Shown: positions 1 through 7,326, counted from the first letter of the stretch. The stretch: 20,000 nt of DNA from an uncultured virus (IMG/VR IMGVR_UViG_3300033177_000001) (IMGVR_UViG_3300033177_000001); one strand, 5' to 3'. Program-made: numbers and translations. The notes: generated by a model from the letters alone, not told the origin.

Positions 1-174
1 ACGGCGTCCGCGATTCTGTGCGACGAGATGGCGTTCTGGGACAAGGCGGAACAGACATGGGGCGCGTTGAAGCCGACGGTGCAGGGGGGCGGGCAGGTGA
101 CGATGATTTCGTCAGCCGGTCCTGGCTTCTTCCAGCGGCTTGTGGAGGGGAGGCTTACCGATGACAGGCGGTGA
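1..174 (+). CDS. terL: Terminase large subunit, ATPase-part ORF (3' end only; begins upstream of window)
   Basis: Not in the ORF track. Frame 1 reads TASAILCDEMAFWDKAEQTWGALKPTVQGGGQVTMISSAGPGFFQRLVEGRLTDDRR* (TGA 172-174). ILCDE is a Walker B plus catalytic Glu, followed by a motif III/coupling-like ISSA. Lies directly upstream of the nuclease ORF and the portal. Confidence 0.85.
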   Translation, partial: TASAILCDEMAFWDKAEQTWGALKPTVQGGGQVTMISSAGPGFFQRLVEGRLTDDRR

Positions 175-991
175 GATCAATCATGTCCCCATCCCCGGCC
201 TCAAGCAGTGGACGACGCCGGACGGGATTGTCGTTCTCCAAGTTCATTACTCCGCCGATCCGGACAAGGCCGCTCCGGAGTGGAAGGAGCGCGAGATGAA
301 GGGGCTCTCTCCGCAGCAGTGGGAGCGGGAGTACGAGATCAACTTCAACGCTCCGGAGGGAAAGGCGTTCTTCCCGGAATTCGATATGACGCGGCATGTG
401 GCGTCGGGGGAGATGGAGCCGTTTGTCGGGAAGCCGGTTATTCGCGGATGGGACTTCGGCTTGTCGCCCGCGACGCTGTTCGCGCAGTGGGGGCCGACGG
501 GGCAGCTCTGCATCTTCCACGAGATTCAGTCGTGGGACTGCGGTATCCGCGCGCACGGAGCCGTGGTGAAGGCGGATTCATTGTCGCTCTTTCCCGGCGG
601 ACGTTTCGTCGATTACGCCGATCCAGCGGGGATGCAGCGGGCGCAGACGGATGAGAAGACGTGCTTCCAGCTATTGCGGCTCGAATACGGATTCGTTCTC
701 TTTCCGGGGCCGGTGTCGGCCGTGGCGAGGAGCGAGGGGATACGGAAACTCCTGACGACAACGACGCCGAACGGGACGCCGATGATGCTTGTCGATCCGC
801 GATGCGCGTGGTTGATCGCTGCGCTGGCGGGAGGGTACCACCGGCGGGAGATCGGCGGGCGGTACACCGAAGACCCGGTGAAGGACGATTACAGCCATAT
901 CATCGACTGCCTCGGATACATCGCGGCGGGACAGGGGCGGAGCGATATCCATGACGAGCCTATCAAGTATCCGGATGCGGATGTGTTTTAG
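161..991 (+). CDS. terL: Terminase large subunit, C-terminal ORF (lid region plus RNase H-like nuclease domain)
   Basis: ATG161 has GGAGG at 149-153 and is preferred over the track's TTG140. Motifs: HYSADPDK...WEREYEINF, nuclease acidic motifs RGWDFG, DYADPAG and SHIIDCLGY. Immediately upstream of the portal. Confidence 0.88.
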   Translation: MTGGEINHVPIPGLKQWTTPDGIVVLQVHYSADPDKAAPEWKEREMKGLSPQQWEREYEINFNAPEGKAFFPEFDMTRHVASGEMEPFVGKPVIRGWDFGLSPATLFAQWGPTGQLCIFHEIQSWDCGIRAHGAVVKADSLSLFPGGRFVDYADPAGMQRAQTDEKTCFQLLRLEYGFVLFPGPVSAVARSEGIRKLLTTTTPNGTPMMLVDPRCAWLIAALAGGYHRREIGGRYTEDPVKDDYSHIIDCLGYIAAGQGRSDIHDEPIKYPDADVF

Positions 992-1006
992 TTTAGTCGA
1001 AAGGAG

Positions 1007-4000
1007 GTGGGTGTTATCGACGAGATGATTGAAGTTATGGAGATGGAGATGGAGGTTGTTCCGGAGGGAGCGGACGAGCCGGAGTCGGAAGAGGAGCGCC
1101 TTGAACGCGCGCTGTCCGTGGTGAAGGGCGACCGCGATGCGTCGGAGGAGTTGCAGGAGACGCTGGCTCCGTTCCGCGAGGAGGCGTACCGGTTCTACCG
1201 GGGGCGCGCCCTGGGGAACGAGCGGGCGGGCCGCTCCAAGGTTGTGTCTTCCGACGTGATGGACGCCGTGGAGTGGGTCATGCCGTCGTTGATGCGGATT
1301 TACTTCTCCAGCGATATCGTGTCGTGCGAGCCTGTGGGGCCGGAAGATCAGACTGTGGCGGAGCGGGTGAGCGCGTTGCTGAACTATCAGTTCACTCGGC
1401 GAGGCGACGGATTCGTCGTTGCGTATAAATGGTTCAAGGACGCCCTGATCTACGGTCTCGGCGTGGCGAAAATATCGTGGGAGGATCGCTTCCGCGATGT
1501 GCCGTTCTCCGTGCCGGAGATGTCGGAGGGCGACTTCAACGCACTTTCGGCGGAGGACGGGATAGAGATCACCGGATTCGAGCGGGTGGAGATTCCTCCG
1601 GACGAAGTGTCGGTGCAGCGGATTGTGCAACAGACGGTGATGGGGTTGCCGCCGGACATGCCTGACGACGAGAAGGCGGAGGCCGTGCGCATGGCCGTGG
1701 AGTCGATGCCGCGTCTCGCGACGTATTCCAACGTCGAGGGGAAGAGGGCGATTCTCGATTACTCGGGTCCGGTGTACGAGGTGATCCCGCCGGAAGATTT
1801 CCTATACGATCCCGAAGCGGAAGAGCTGCGGAACGCACGCTTCGTTATCCATAGAGTTTTCCGGACGCCCGACTACCTGCGGCGAATGGAGTCGGAGGGT
1901 GTGTACTTCAACGTCGAAGAGGCCATCGAGAAGGGGAACACACAGCGCGACGGCGACAGAAGCGACAGGGAGAAGGGTTTCCGGAACGCGGAGAACGACA
2001 GGATAAATCCGTGGACGATGACGGAGAATATCGAGGACGCGGACAAGCGTCGTCCGCTGGAGTTGTACGAGTGGTGGGGGCTGTTCGATTCCGACGGAAG
2101 CGGACGGCTGACGCCGCACGTCATCACCGTGGCGAACGACGTTGTGATTCGTCTTGAGCGGAACCCCTACGACCACGGGGAACCGCCGTTCGAGGCGCTT
2201 CGTCCTGTTCTCGACGTGCATAAGTTCGAGGGGATCGGCTTCGCCGACATGGTGAAGGAATTCCAGGAGACGAAGACGAGCCTGCGCAGACAGATTCTCG
2301 ACAACATTTCGTGGCAGAACAACGGGATGTGGGAGGTGCAGCGCGGGGCCGGAGTGGAGATGGAGTCGCTGGTGAACCCGCGTCCGGGCGGCGTCGTCCG
2401 TACAGACGTGCCGGGGGCCGTGCGTCCGCTGACGCCGCCTCCGTTGCAGCAGGCCGGATTCATGGCGTTGGAGTTCGAACAGACGCAATTGGAGCAGCGT
2501 ACCGGAATAACCCGTTATACGCAGGGATTGGATAGTCGCAGCTTGAATAAGATGCTCGACATACAAACACCGATCTGCATGGCTGACGGGTCGTGGAAAA
2601 GGCTTGAGGACATCTGCGACGGAGACAGGATTCTCGGAAGAGATGGACAAGCAACTACGGTGCTTCGCGCTCACGAAATCCAATATCCTAAAAAAGCGTA
2701 CAAACTTACATTTGCTTCCGGCGATGAAATTGTCGCCGGGGGGGAGCACCTTTGGACGATACAAACAGCTTGGGATAAAGAAAAAGGAACGTGGAGGACT
2801 GTGGACACGGATACGATTTATCAAATGGATTCTCGCTTGAAGAAGCGTGGAACCATTTCTGTCCCCCGTGTTCAAAGGCCCGAGTTTGATGGGGCGGGCA
2901 ATCTTCCGATTGATCCCTATGTTCTTGGGTTATGGCTCGGGAACGGAAGTTCATATGATCCGGTAATTACGTTGCGCGATGACGATGTTGTTGAGTCGTT
3001 AAGGGAGTGGGCGCGTTCTAGCGGCGGAGATATCAAGGAGTATTTTGATCCCCGTCTGCCGAAATCAAAAAACTTTTACGTGTCCGTCCCTGGGTTGTAT
3101 TCAACGCTTCGCTCTCTCGGGTTGATGAAAACGAGAGGGGAGAGTGACGGGGCATGTAAGCACATCCCTGAAATTTACAAATGTGCAAAATATGCCGAAC
3201 GTCTTGAGCTTTTAAGAGGGCTTATGGATACGGATGGAAGTTTTGACAGCGGGTCCACCGTCGTGTTTTCTCAATCCGAGGGACCTTTGTTGTGGGATGT
3301 GGTTGACCTAATTCACAGTCTTGGTGGGTGGGTAACACCTCACAAGGTGACGGCTGAAAGCAATTTTAATAGGACAAAAGATTTTTATTTGCTGAGGTTT
3401 CGCGTTTTCGACAATCCTTTTAGAGCGGATCGCAAGGCGTCTCAGTGGAGTCCGCCTGCCGTTGAAACGGACAGACAAGCAATTCGCTCGATAGAACCCG
3501 TTGAAATATGCAAGATGAGATGTCTTACTGTGGACGCGAAAGATGGATTGTTTTGTGTTGGGAAAATTTTTACAATTACACACAATACAGCCACGGGCAT
3601 AACGGCAATAATGGGGGCTTCGCAGCAGCGCATCGAGCTGATTGCAAGGCTTTTCGCCGAGACGGGTGTGAGGAGCCTCTTCGTCAAGGCGCTTTCGTTG
3701 AACCGGCAGTTCGTGCGCGACGAGTTCGTCGTGCGGCTGTACGGGGAGCCTATCGTGATCAACAAGGACGACGTGTCGGGGCAGTTCGACATTCTGGTGT
3801 CCGTCGGTATTTCGGCGAGCAAGCAGGAGGTCGTGCAGCAGCAGATGATTCAGCTTATCCAGATGGCTCCGGGTTTGGCGCAGGCGCAGGTTATGACGCC
3901 GGACAACATCTACGCCATCATGGTGAAGCTGCTTGAGGGATGGGGCTTCAAGGATCACAGCCAGTTGATGACGAATCCGAACGTGATGGGGCAGATGACG

Positions 4001-4198
4001 CAGCAGATGCAGCAGATGCAGCAGCAAATGCAGATGATGCAGATGATCTTGCAGCACCCGAGTATTGCGAACGCGGTGCCGCAGATAGCGCAGCAGGTGC
4101 AGCAGGCACAGGCGGCTCCTCCGGGCGGTCCCCCGGCACAAGGGGAACAACCCCCGGCACAGGGGCCTGTACCGGCACAGGGGGGTGCGCCGGTATGA
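1007..4198 (+). CDS. Portal protein precursor (podovirus P22/N4-like type) containing an intein; about 718 aa after splicing
   Basis: Portal-like motifs GRSKVVSSDVMDAVEWVMPSLMRIY, WFKDALIYGLGVAK, IPPEDFLYDP, TSLRRQILDN, RPGGVVR, EQRTGITRYTQGLD..SLNK/TATG, QQRIELIARLFAETG. Position between terminase and scaffold. Start uncertain (GTG1007 overlaps the SD; ATG1025 is an alternative). Confidence 0.92.
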   Translation: MGVIDEMIEVMEMEMEVVPEGADEPESEEERLERALSVVKGDRDASEELQETLAPFREEAYRFYRGRALGNERAGRSKVVSSDVMDAVEWVMPSLMRIYFSSDIVSCEPVGPEDQTVAERVSALLNYQFTRRGDGFVVAYKWFKDALIYGLGVAKISWEDRFRDVPFSVPEMSEGDFNALSAEDGIEITGFERVEIPPDEVSVQRIVQQTVMGLPPDMPDDEKAEAVRMAVESMPRLATYSNVEGKRAILDYSGPVYEVIPPEDFLYDPEAEELRNARFVIHRVFRTPDYLRRMESEGVYFNVEEAIEKGNTQRDGDRSDREKGFRNAENDRINPWTMTENIEDADKRRPLELYEWWGLFDSDGSGRLTPHVITVANDVVIRLERNPYDHGEPPFEALRPVLDVHKFEGIGFADMVKEFQETKTSLRRQILDNISWQNNGMWEVQRGAGVEMESLVNPRPGGVVRTDVPGAVRPLTPPPLQQAGFMALEFEQTQLEQRTGITRYTQGLDSRSLNKMLDIQTPICMADGSWKRLEDICDGDRILGRDGQATTVLRAHEIQYPKKAYKLTFASGDEIVAGGEHLWTIQTAWDKEKGTWRTVDTDTIYQMDSRLKKRGTISVPRVQRPEFDGAGNLPIDPYVLGLWLGNGSSYDPVITLRDDDVVESLREWARSSGGDIKEYFDPRLPKSKNFYVSVPGLYSTLRSLGLMKTRGESDGACKHIPEIYKCAKYAERLELLRGLMDTDGSFDSGSTVVFSQSEGPLLWDVVDLIHSLGGWVTPHKVTAESNFNRTKDFYLLRFRVFDNPFRADRKASQWSPPAVETDRQAIRSIEPVEICKMRCLTVDAKDGLFCVGKIFTITHNTATGITAIMGASQQRIELIARLFAETGVRSLFVKALSLNRQFVRDEFVVRLYGEPIVINKDDVSGQFDILVSVGISASKQEVVQQQMIQLIQMAPGLAQAQVMTPDNIYAIMVKLLEGWGFKDHSQLMTNPNVMGQMTQQMQQMQQQMQMMQMILQHPSIANAVPQIAQQVQQAQAAPPGGPPAQGEQPPAQGPVPAQGGAPV
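2552..3586 (+). mobile_element. Intein (345 aa, class 3 signature) with LAGLIDADG homing endonuclease, inserted in frame in the portal between SLNK and TATG
   Basis: Block A MLDIQTPICMADGSWKRLEDI; block B EIVAGGEHLWT; block C DPYVLGLWLGNGS; block E LLRGLMDTDGS; block H-like DVVDLIHSLGG; block F MRCLTVD; block G ITHN/T. The segment is visibly more AT-rich than the portal exteins. Confidence 0.93.
3990..4184 (+). repeat. Coding low-complexity repeats in the portal C-terminus (CAG/ATG-rich Gln-Met run, then three PAQG units)
   Basis: GCAGCAGAT-type repeats at about 4000-4047 give QMTQQMQQMQQQMQMMQM. CCGGCACARGGG occurs at 4133, 4154 and 4172. Confidence 0.8.
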
Positions 4199-4455
4199 TG
4201 CACCGGAGCCTTCCCGGAGACAGCAAGCTTGACCCGGTGGAGTTTCTCGACGTTGTGTCGAGGCTCGGGGTTGATGCGCTGCACGAGCTTGCGGCCGTGT
4301 ATCTCGATGTGAAGTACGCCGCGCTGTTGTGTTCGCCGTCCGGCGACGATATGACGAAGTACTCTCTCGCGAGGGCGCAGGGGGTGCGGGAGTTCGTCCG
4401 ATGGATCAGCGAAACCCGCGATGAAGTCAGAGAGCTGATGGAGCGGAAGCAGTGA
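4195..4455 (+). CDS. Small hypothetical phage protein (86 aa) between portal and scaffold
   Basis: ATGA overlap with the portal stop. Helical C-terminus LARAQGVREFVRW resembles the small ORFs commonly found at this position in podoviruses. The track's start at 3940 is an overlap artefact. Confidence 0.75.
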   Translation: MMHRSLPGDSKLDPVEFLDVVSRLGVDALHELAAVYLDVKYAALLCSPSGDDMTKYSLARAQGVREFVRWISETRDEVRELMERKQ

Positions 4456-4462
4456 TCGACAC

Positions 4463-4491
4463 ATCCCCCGCGAACGAATCCGGGGGATTTT
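4463..4491 (+). terminator. Stem-loop, possibly a weak intrinsic terminator
   Basis: ATCCCCCG (4463-4470) / CGGGGGAT (4481-4488), 10-nt loop, short T tail. Confidence 0.5.
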
Positions 4492-4503
4492 AACGAGATC
4501 AAC

Positions 4504-4533
4504 AAAGAAGAGACGGGATAGCCCGTCTTTTTT
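4504..4533 (+). terminator. Intrinsic terminator-like hairpin, possibly bidirectional
   Basis: AGACGGG-ATAG-CCCGTCT followed by a T run to 4533, with A-rich AAAGAAG on the 5' side. Confidence 0.75.
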
Positions 4534-4543
4534 CATAGATGAG

Positions 4544-4581
4544 AGGGCTTCGGAGCGATGGCTTCGGAGCCCTTTTTTATT
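4544..4581 (+). terminator. Long intrinsic terminator-like hairpin
   Basis: AGGGCTTCGGAGC-GATG-GCTTCGGAGCCCT (13 bp including two G-U pairs) followed by TTTTTATT. Confidence 0.7.
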
Positions 4582-4659
4582 GGCCAACCCGGAGAGGGGG
4601 CCGCCCGCGTTCGGGGGTATCCGCCGGTTTCCGGGAGCACAAAACAAGGAGGCACTACC

Positions 4660-5745
4660 GTGGAGAAAGAACTGGATCAGGTACTGGCGCAGGAGAACGA
4701 AAGCGATACCGGCGAGTTCGAAAAGTCGAGGGAGGAATACTACCAGTCGATGGCCGCACGCGCTCGCGGAGACGAGGACGCGTCGGAGGAAGATGAGTCG
4801 GCATTGGATGAGTTTTTCGGCGAAGAGCGGGATGAGCAACCGGAGTCGGAGAAGGTTCCGGATGTGGAAGAAACGCCGCTTCAGACGCCGGAACAATCGC
4901 AGTCTGTTGAGACGCCCCCTGTGGCGCAGAAGCCGCCGCTGATGAAGTTGAAGGTGGATGGACAGGAGATTTCCATTCACGACTACAACGACGCGGTGAC
5001 GCTGGCGCAGAAGGGATTGCACTACACGCAGCAGATGCAGGCGCTCGCGCCGTACCGGCACGTTCTGAAGGCTCTCGAATCCAACCCGGATTTGCAGGAG
5101 GAGCTTTTGAACCGGATTCGCGGAGGACAGCCCGCGAAGAAGGAAGAGAAGGCCGCTCCCGTCGCGGAGCCGGAGAAGAAGATCGAAATACCTCCCATGC
5201 GGGAGGATGAAACCTACGAGGAGTGGACGCAGCGCGTCTTCAAGGATGAGATTCCGAATCTCGTGCGTTCGGAGGCGGAGCGTATCGCCGGTGCGAAAGC
5301 CGCCGAGATATTCAAAACTGAGAACGCAACGCTTGAAGAGGTACGCCGCCGGGAAAAGATTCTCGACGCGGCGCGCGCAGACCCGCTTTTCAATCAGACG
5401 GCGCATTTCATCCGGCAGTCGATAGAGGCCGGGCAGATTCCGCCGACTGTGCTCCAGGCTGCCGACAGCGATCCGAAGACATTCGCATGGCTGTACGACA
5501 GCGCGCGCAAGAAGGTGGCGTCGATGATGGCTCCGGTGCAGACAGCGCCGCTTCCTGCGGTTGCTCCGTCCGCTCCGGTCGAGACGCCGAGAAGTCCGCA
5601 GCCCCGCGCCCCGCACGCCGAAGCGGCGTCCGGACGGGCACGCCCGTCGAAGGGTTCGCGCGATTACGTGAAGGTGATCGAGGACATGGAGGACGCGAAA
5701 TTCAAGGAACTGCTCGAACGAGTGAAAGCGGGTGGCGCCAGATGA
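4660..5745 (+). CDS. Capsid scaffolding protein
   Basis: GTG4660 with SD AAGGAGG at 4646-4652. Acidic disordered N-terminus, motif LKVDGQE...LAQKGLHYTQQMQALA, helical body, P/A-rich linker. Directly upstream of the major capsid gene. Confidence 0.85.
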   Translation: MEKELDQVLAQENESDTGEFEKSREEYYQSMAARARGDEDASEEDESALDEFFGEERDEQPESEKVPDVEETPLQTPEQSQSVETPPVAQKPPLMKLKVDGQEISIHDYNDAVTLAQKGLHYTQQMQALAPYRHVLKALESNPDLQEELLNRIRGGQPAKKEEKAAPVAEPEKKIEIPPMREDETYEEWTQRVFKDEIPNLVRSEAERIAGAKAAEIFKTENATLEEVRRREKILDAARADPLFNQTAHFIRQSIEAGQIPPTVLQAADSDPKTFAWLYDSARKKVASMMAPVQTAPLPAVAPSAPVETPRSPQPRAPHAEAASGRARPSKGSRDYVKVIEDMEDAKFKELLERVKAGGAR

Positions 5746-5785
5746 GGCGAGTACCCGCTCAAATTTTATCAGGGAGTGATACTAC

Positions 5786-6805
5786 TTGAGCACACAGTAT
5801 ATGAAGGCGGCTGATTTTTCCAGAGCGGCACTGACGTTTTATGAGAAGACCCTCCTGACGACATCGCGTTCTCTTCTCACCTACGCGCAGTTCGGTGAGA
5901 AGTTCCCGATGAAGGACAAGAGCGGCAAGACGATCAACTTCGCGCGGTACGCCGATCTTTCGGCGGCGACGACCGAACTTGGCGAGGCCATTACCCCGGT
6001 CGGCAGCAAGATTCTCAAGAGCGAGATCACGGCGACTCTTCACCAGTACGGCGACTGGGTCGGTATTTCCGACGTGACGACGATGACGGGCTTCGACCCG
6101 GAGATCACCATCGCCGCCGAGAAACTCGGTCGGCAGCAGGGCCTCACGCTCGACACGGTGCTCCGCAACGAGCTGATGCAGGGGACGAACGAGGTGTGGG
6201 CCAAAGGCAAGACGTCCAGGGAGACGATCAAGGATAAGATTCAGAAGGCCGACTTTCAGAAGATTCACCGCTTCCTGCGCTCCAACGACGTGCCGATGAT
6301 CACCAAGATGATCGACCCGAGCACCGGGATTGCGACGCAGCCCGTGCCCGCCGCGTACATCGCCATCGGACACACGGACATGATCACCGATCTGGAGGAC
6401 CTGGAGGCGACCGGCGGGTTTGTGCCGGTGCATAAGTATTCGAGCAGCAGGGGCGTGTTCGAGGGTGAGGTCGGGACGCTCGCGGGGATCCGGTTCATTC
6501 TCACCAGCAACGCTCCCATTGTGTACGCCGCGGGCGACACGCCGAGTACCGGCATCCAGGCGAGCGTGGATGCTTCCAAGGTGGACGTGTACCAGACCAT
6601 CATCTTCGGCGAGGGCGCGTTCGCGGAAGTTCCTCTGAACAAGGGGAACAGCGGGATCATCATCAAGGCGAAGGGCGCGAAGGATACGATGGATACCAGC
6701 GACCCGCTGAACCAAAGGAACACGGTCGGCTGGAAGACCATGTGGGCGGGGCTGATCCTCGACGATAGCCGCATCGTGCGTTACGAGCACGGCGTGACGG
6801 CGTAA
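5786..6805 (+). CDS. Major capsid protein, N4-gp56 family
   Basis: Motifs GKTINFARY, LGEAITP, LHQYGDWV, FVPVHKY, GEVGTLAGIRF, DVYQTIIFG and DPLNQRNTVGWK. TTG start with SD AGGGAGTG. Confidence 0.93.
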   Translation: MSTQYMKAADFSRAALTFYEKTLLTTSRSLLTYAQFGEKFPMKDKSGKTINFARYADLSAATTELGEAITPVGSKILKSEITATLHQYGDWVGISDVTTMTGFDPEITIAAEKLGRQQGLTLDTVLRNELMQGTNEVWAKGKTSRETIKDKIQKADFQKIHRFLRSNDVPMITKMIDPSTGIATQPVPAAYIAIGHTDMITDLEDLEATGGFVPVHKYSSSRGVFEGEVGTLAGIRFILTSNAPIVYAAGDTPSTGIQASVDASKVDVYQTIIFGEGAFAEVPLNKGNSGIIIKAKGAKDTMDTSDPLNQRNTVGWKTMWAGLILDDSRIVRYEHGVTA

Positions 6806-6820
6806 GGTTGGTGACGGGGT

Positions 6821-7267
6821 ATGAGTATGGAATTCAGAACTCTTGAGAACGCCGCGCTGAACGATAATTTTGGACTGATGGCGAAGGCGATGAGCGGGGA
6901 CATGAAGTTCTCGCTCTCGCAGACGACCGCCGCTCCGACGGTTGCTGAATGCACTGCCGCAGCGCAGGTGTACAACATCACCATCAGCCTGACCACGGCA
7001 GCCGGAGAGCTGCATAGCTGGTACAACGGCAAGGTGTTGCTCGCTATTGCGGACACCGACGATACTGGAGTTGCGAGCATCGATCCCGCCGCCGGTGAGC
7101 GCGCCATGACCAACGGCGTGCTTGAAGTAGAAGTGACGATGAGCAAAGCGGTTTGGACCGCGAACAAGACGGCGACGCTGACGGTTTCCGACCTGGCTAC
7201 CGCCGGGACGGGTATTCTCGGTTTCGTTGTCGCGGACGCGACGTTTGTAGCGACGGTGAAGGCATAG
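6821..7267 (+). CDS. Putative capsid decoration / minor head protein, paralog A (beta-rich, T/A/V-rich)
   Basis: Immediately follows the capsid gene and precedes a terminator. Clear paralog of 7327..7770. Function inferred from synteny and composition only; start may be ATG6827. Confidence 0.6.
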   Translation: MSMEFRTLENAALNDNFGLMAKAMSGDMKFSLSQTTAAPTVAECTAAAQVYNITISLTTAAGELHSWYNGKVLLAIADTDDTGVASIDPAAGERAMTNGVLEVEVTMSKAVWTANKTATLTVSDLATAGTGILGFVVADATFVATVKA

Positions 7268-7278
7268 TTCGATTGATT

Positions 7279-7302
7279 GGGGCGGAGGAATCCGCCCCTT
7301 TT
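7279..7302 (+). terminator. Intrinsic terminator
   Basis: GGGGCGGA-GGAA-TCCGCCCC-TTTT (8-bp stem, GNRA loop). Confidence 0.8.
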
Positions 7303-7326
7303 GTATTGTGACGGGAGCGTGGTGGT

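Noticed and set aside
1011..1028. Mini-ORF GTG TTA TCG ACG AGA TGA overlapping portal ATG1025 (ATGA)
   Set aside because: Could couple the strong SD at 1001-1008 to the portal start, but SD spacing is too short and a 5-codon ORF arises easily by chance.
2552..2554. Intein Met1 as an independent translation start (free-standing endonuclease or split intein)
   Set aside because: No SD upstream and no stop in the portal frame; the reading frame is continuous from extein to extein.
2738..2744. G7 homopolymer in intein block B as a phase-variation switch
   Set aside because: Short run encoding Gly-Gly-Glu in a G-rich genome, frame intact, no evidence of variation.
4558..4659. N-terminal extension of the scaffold from ATG4558 as given in the ORF track
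   Set aside because: That ATG sits in a hairpin loop with no SD and the extension runs through a T-tract and stem-loops. GTG4660 has a canonical AAGGAGG.
4456..4660. CRISPR mini-array or tRNA in the hairpin-rich intergenic region
   Set aside because: The hairpins differ in sequence, there is no repeat-spacer periodicity, and no cloverleaf or T-loop consensus is seen.
6803..6823. Read-through fusion of capsid to the in-frame decoration gene
   Set aside because: Two in-frame stops (TAA then TGA) intervene and no slippery sequence is evident.
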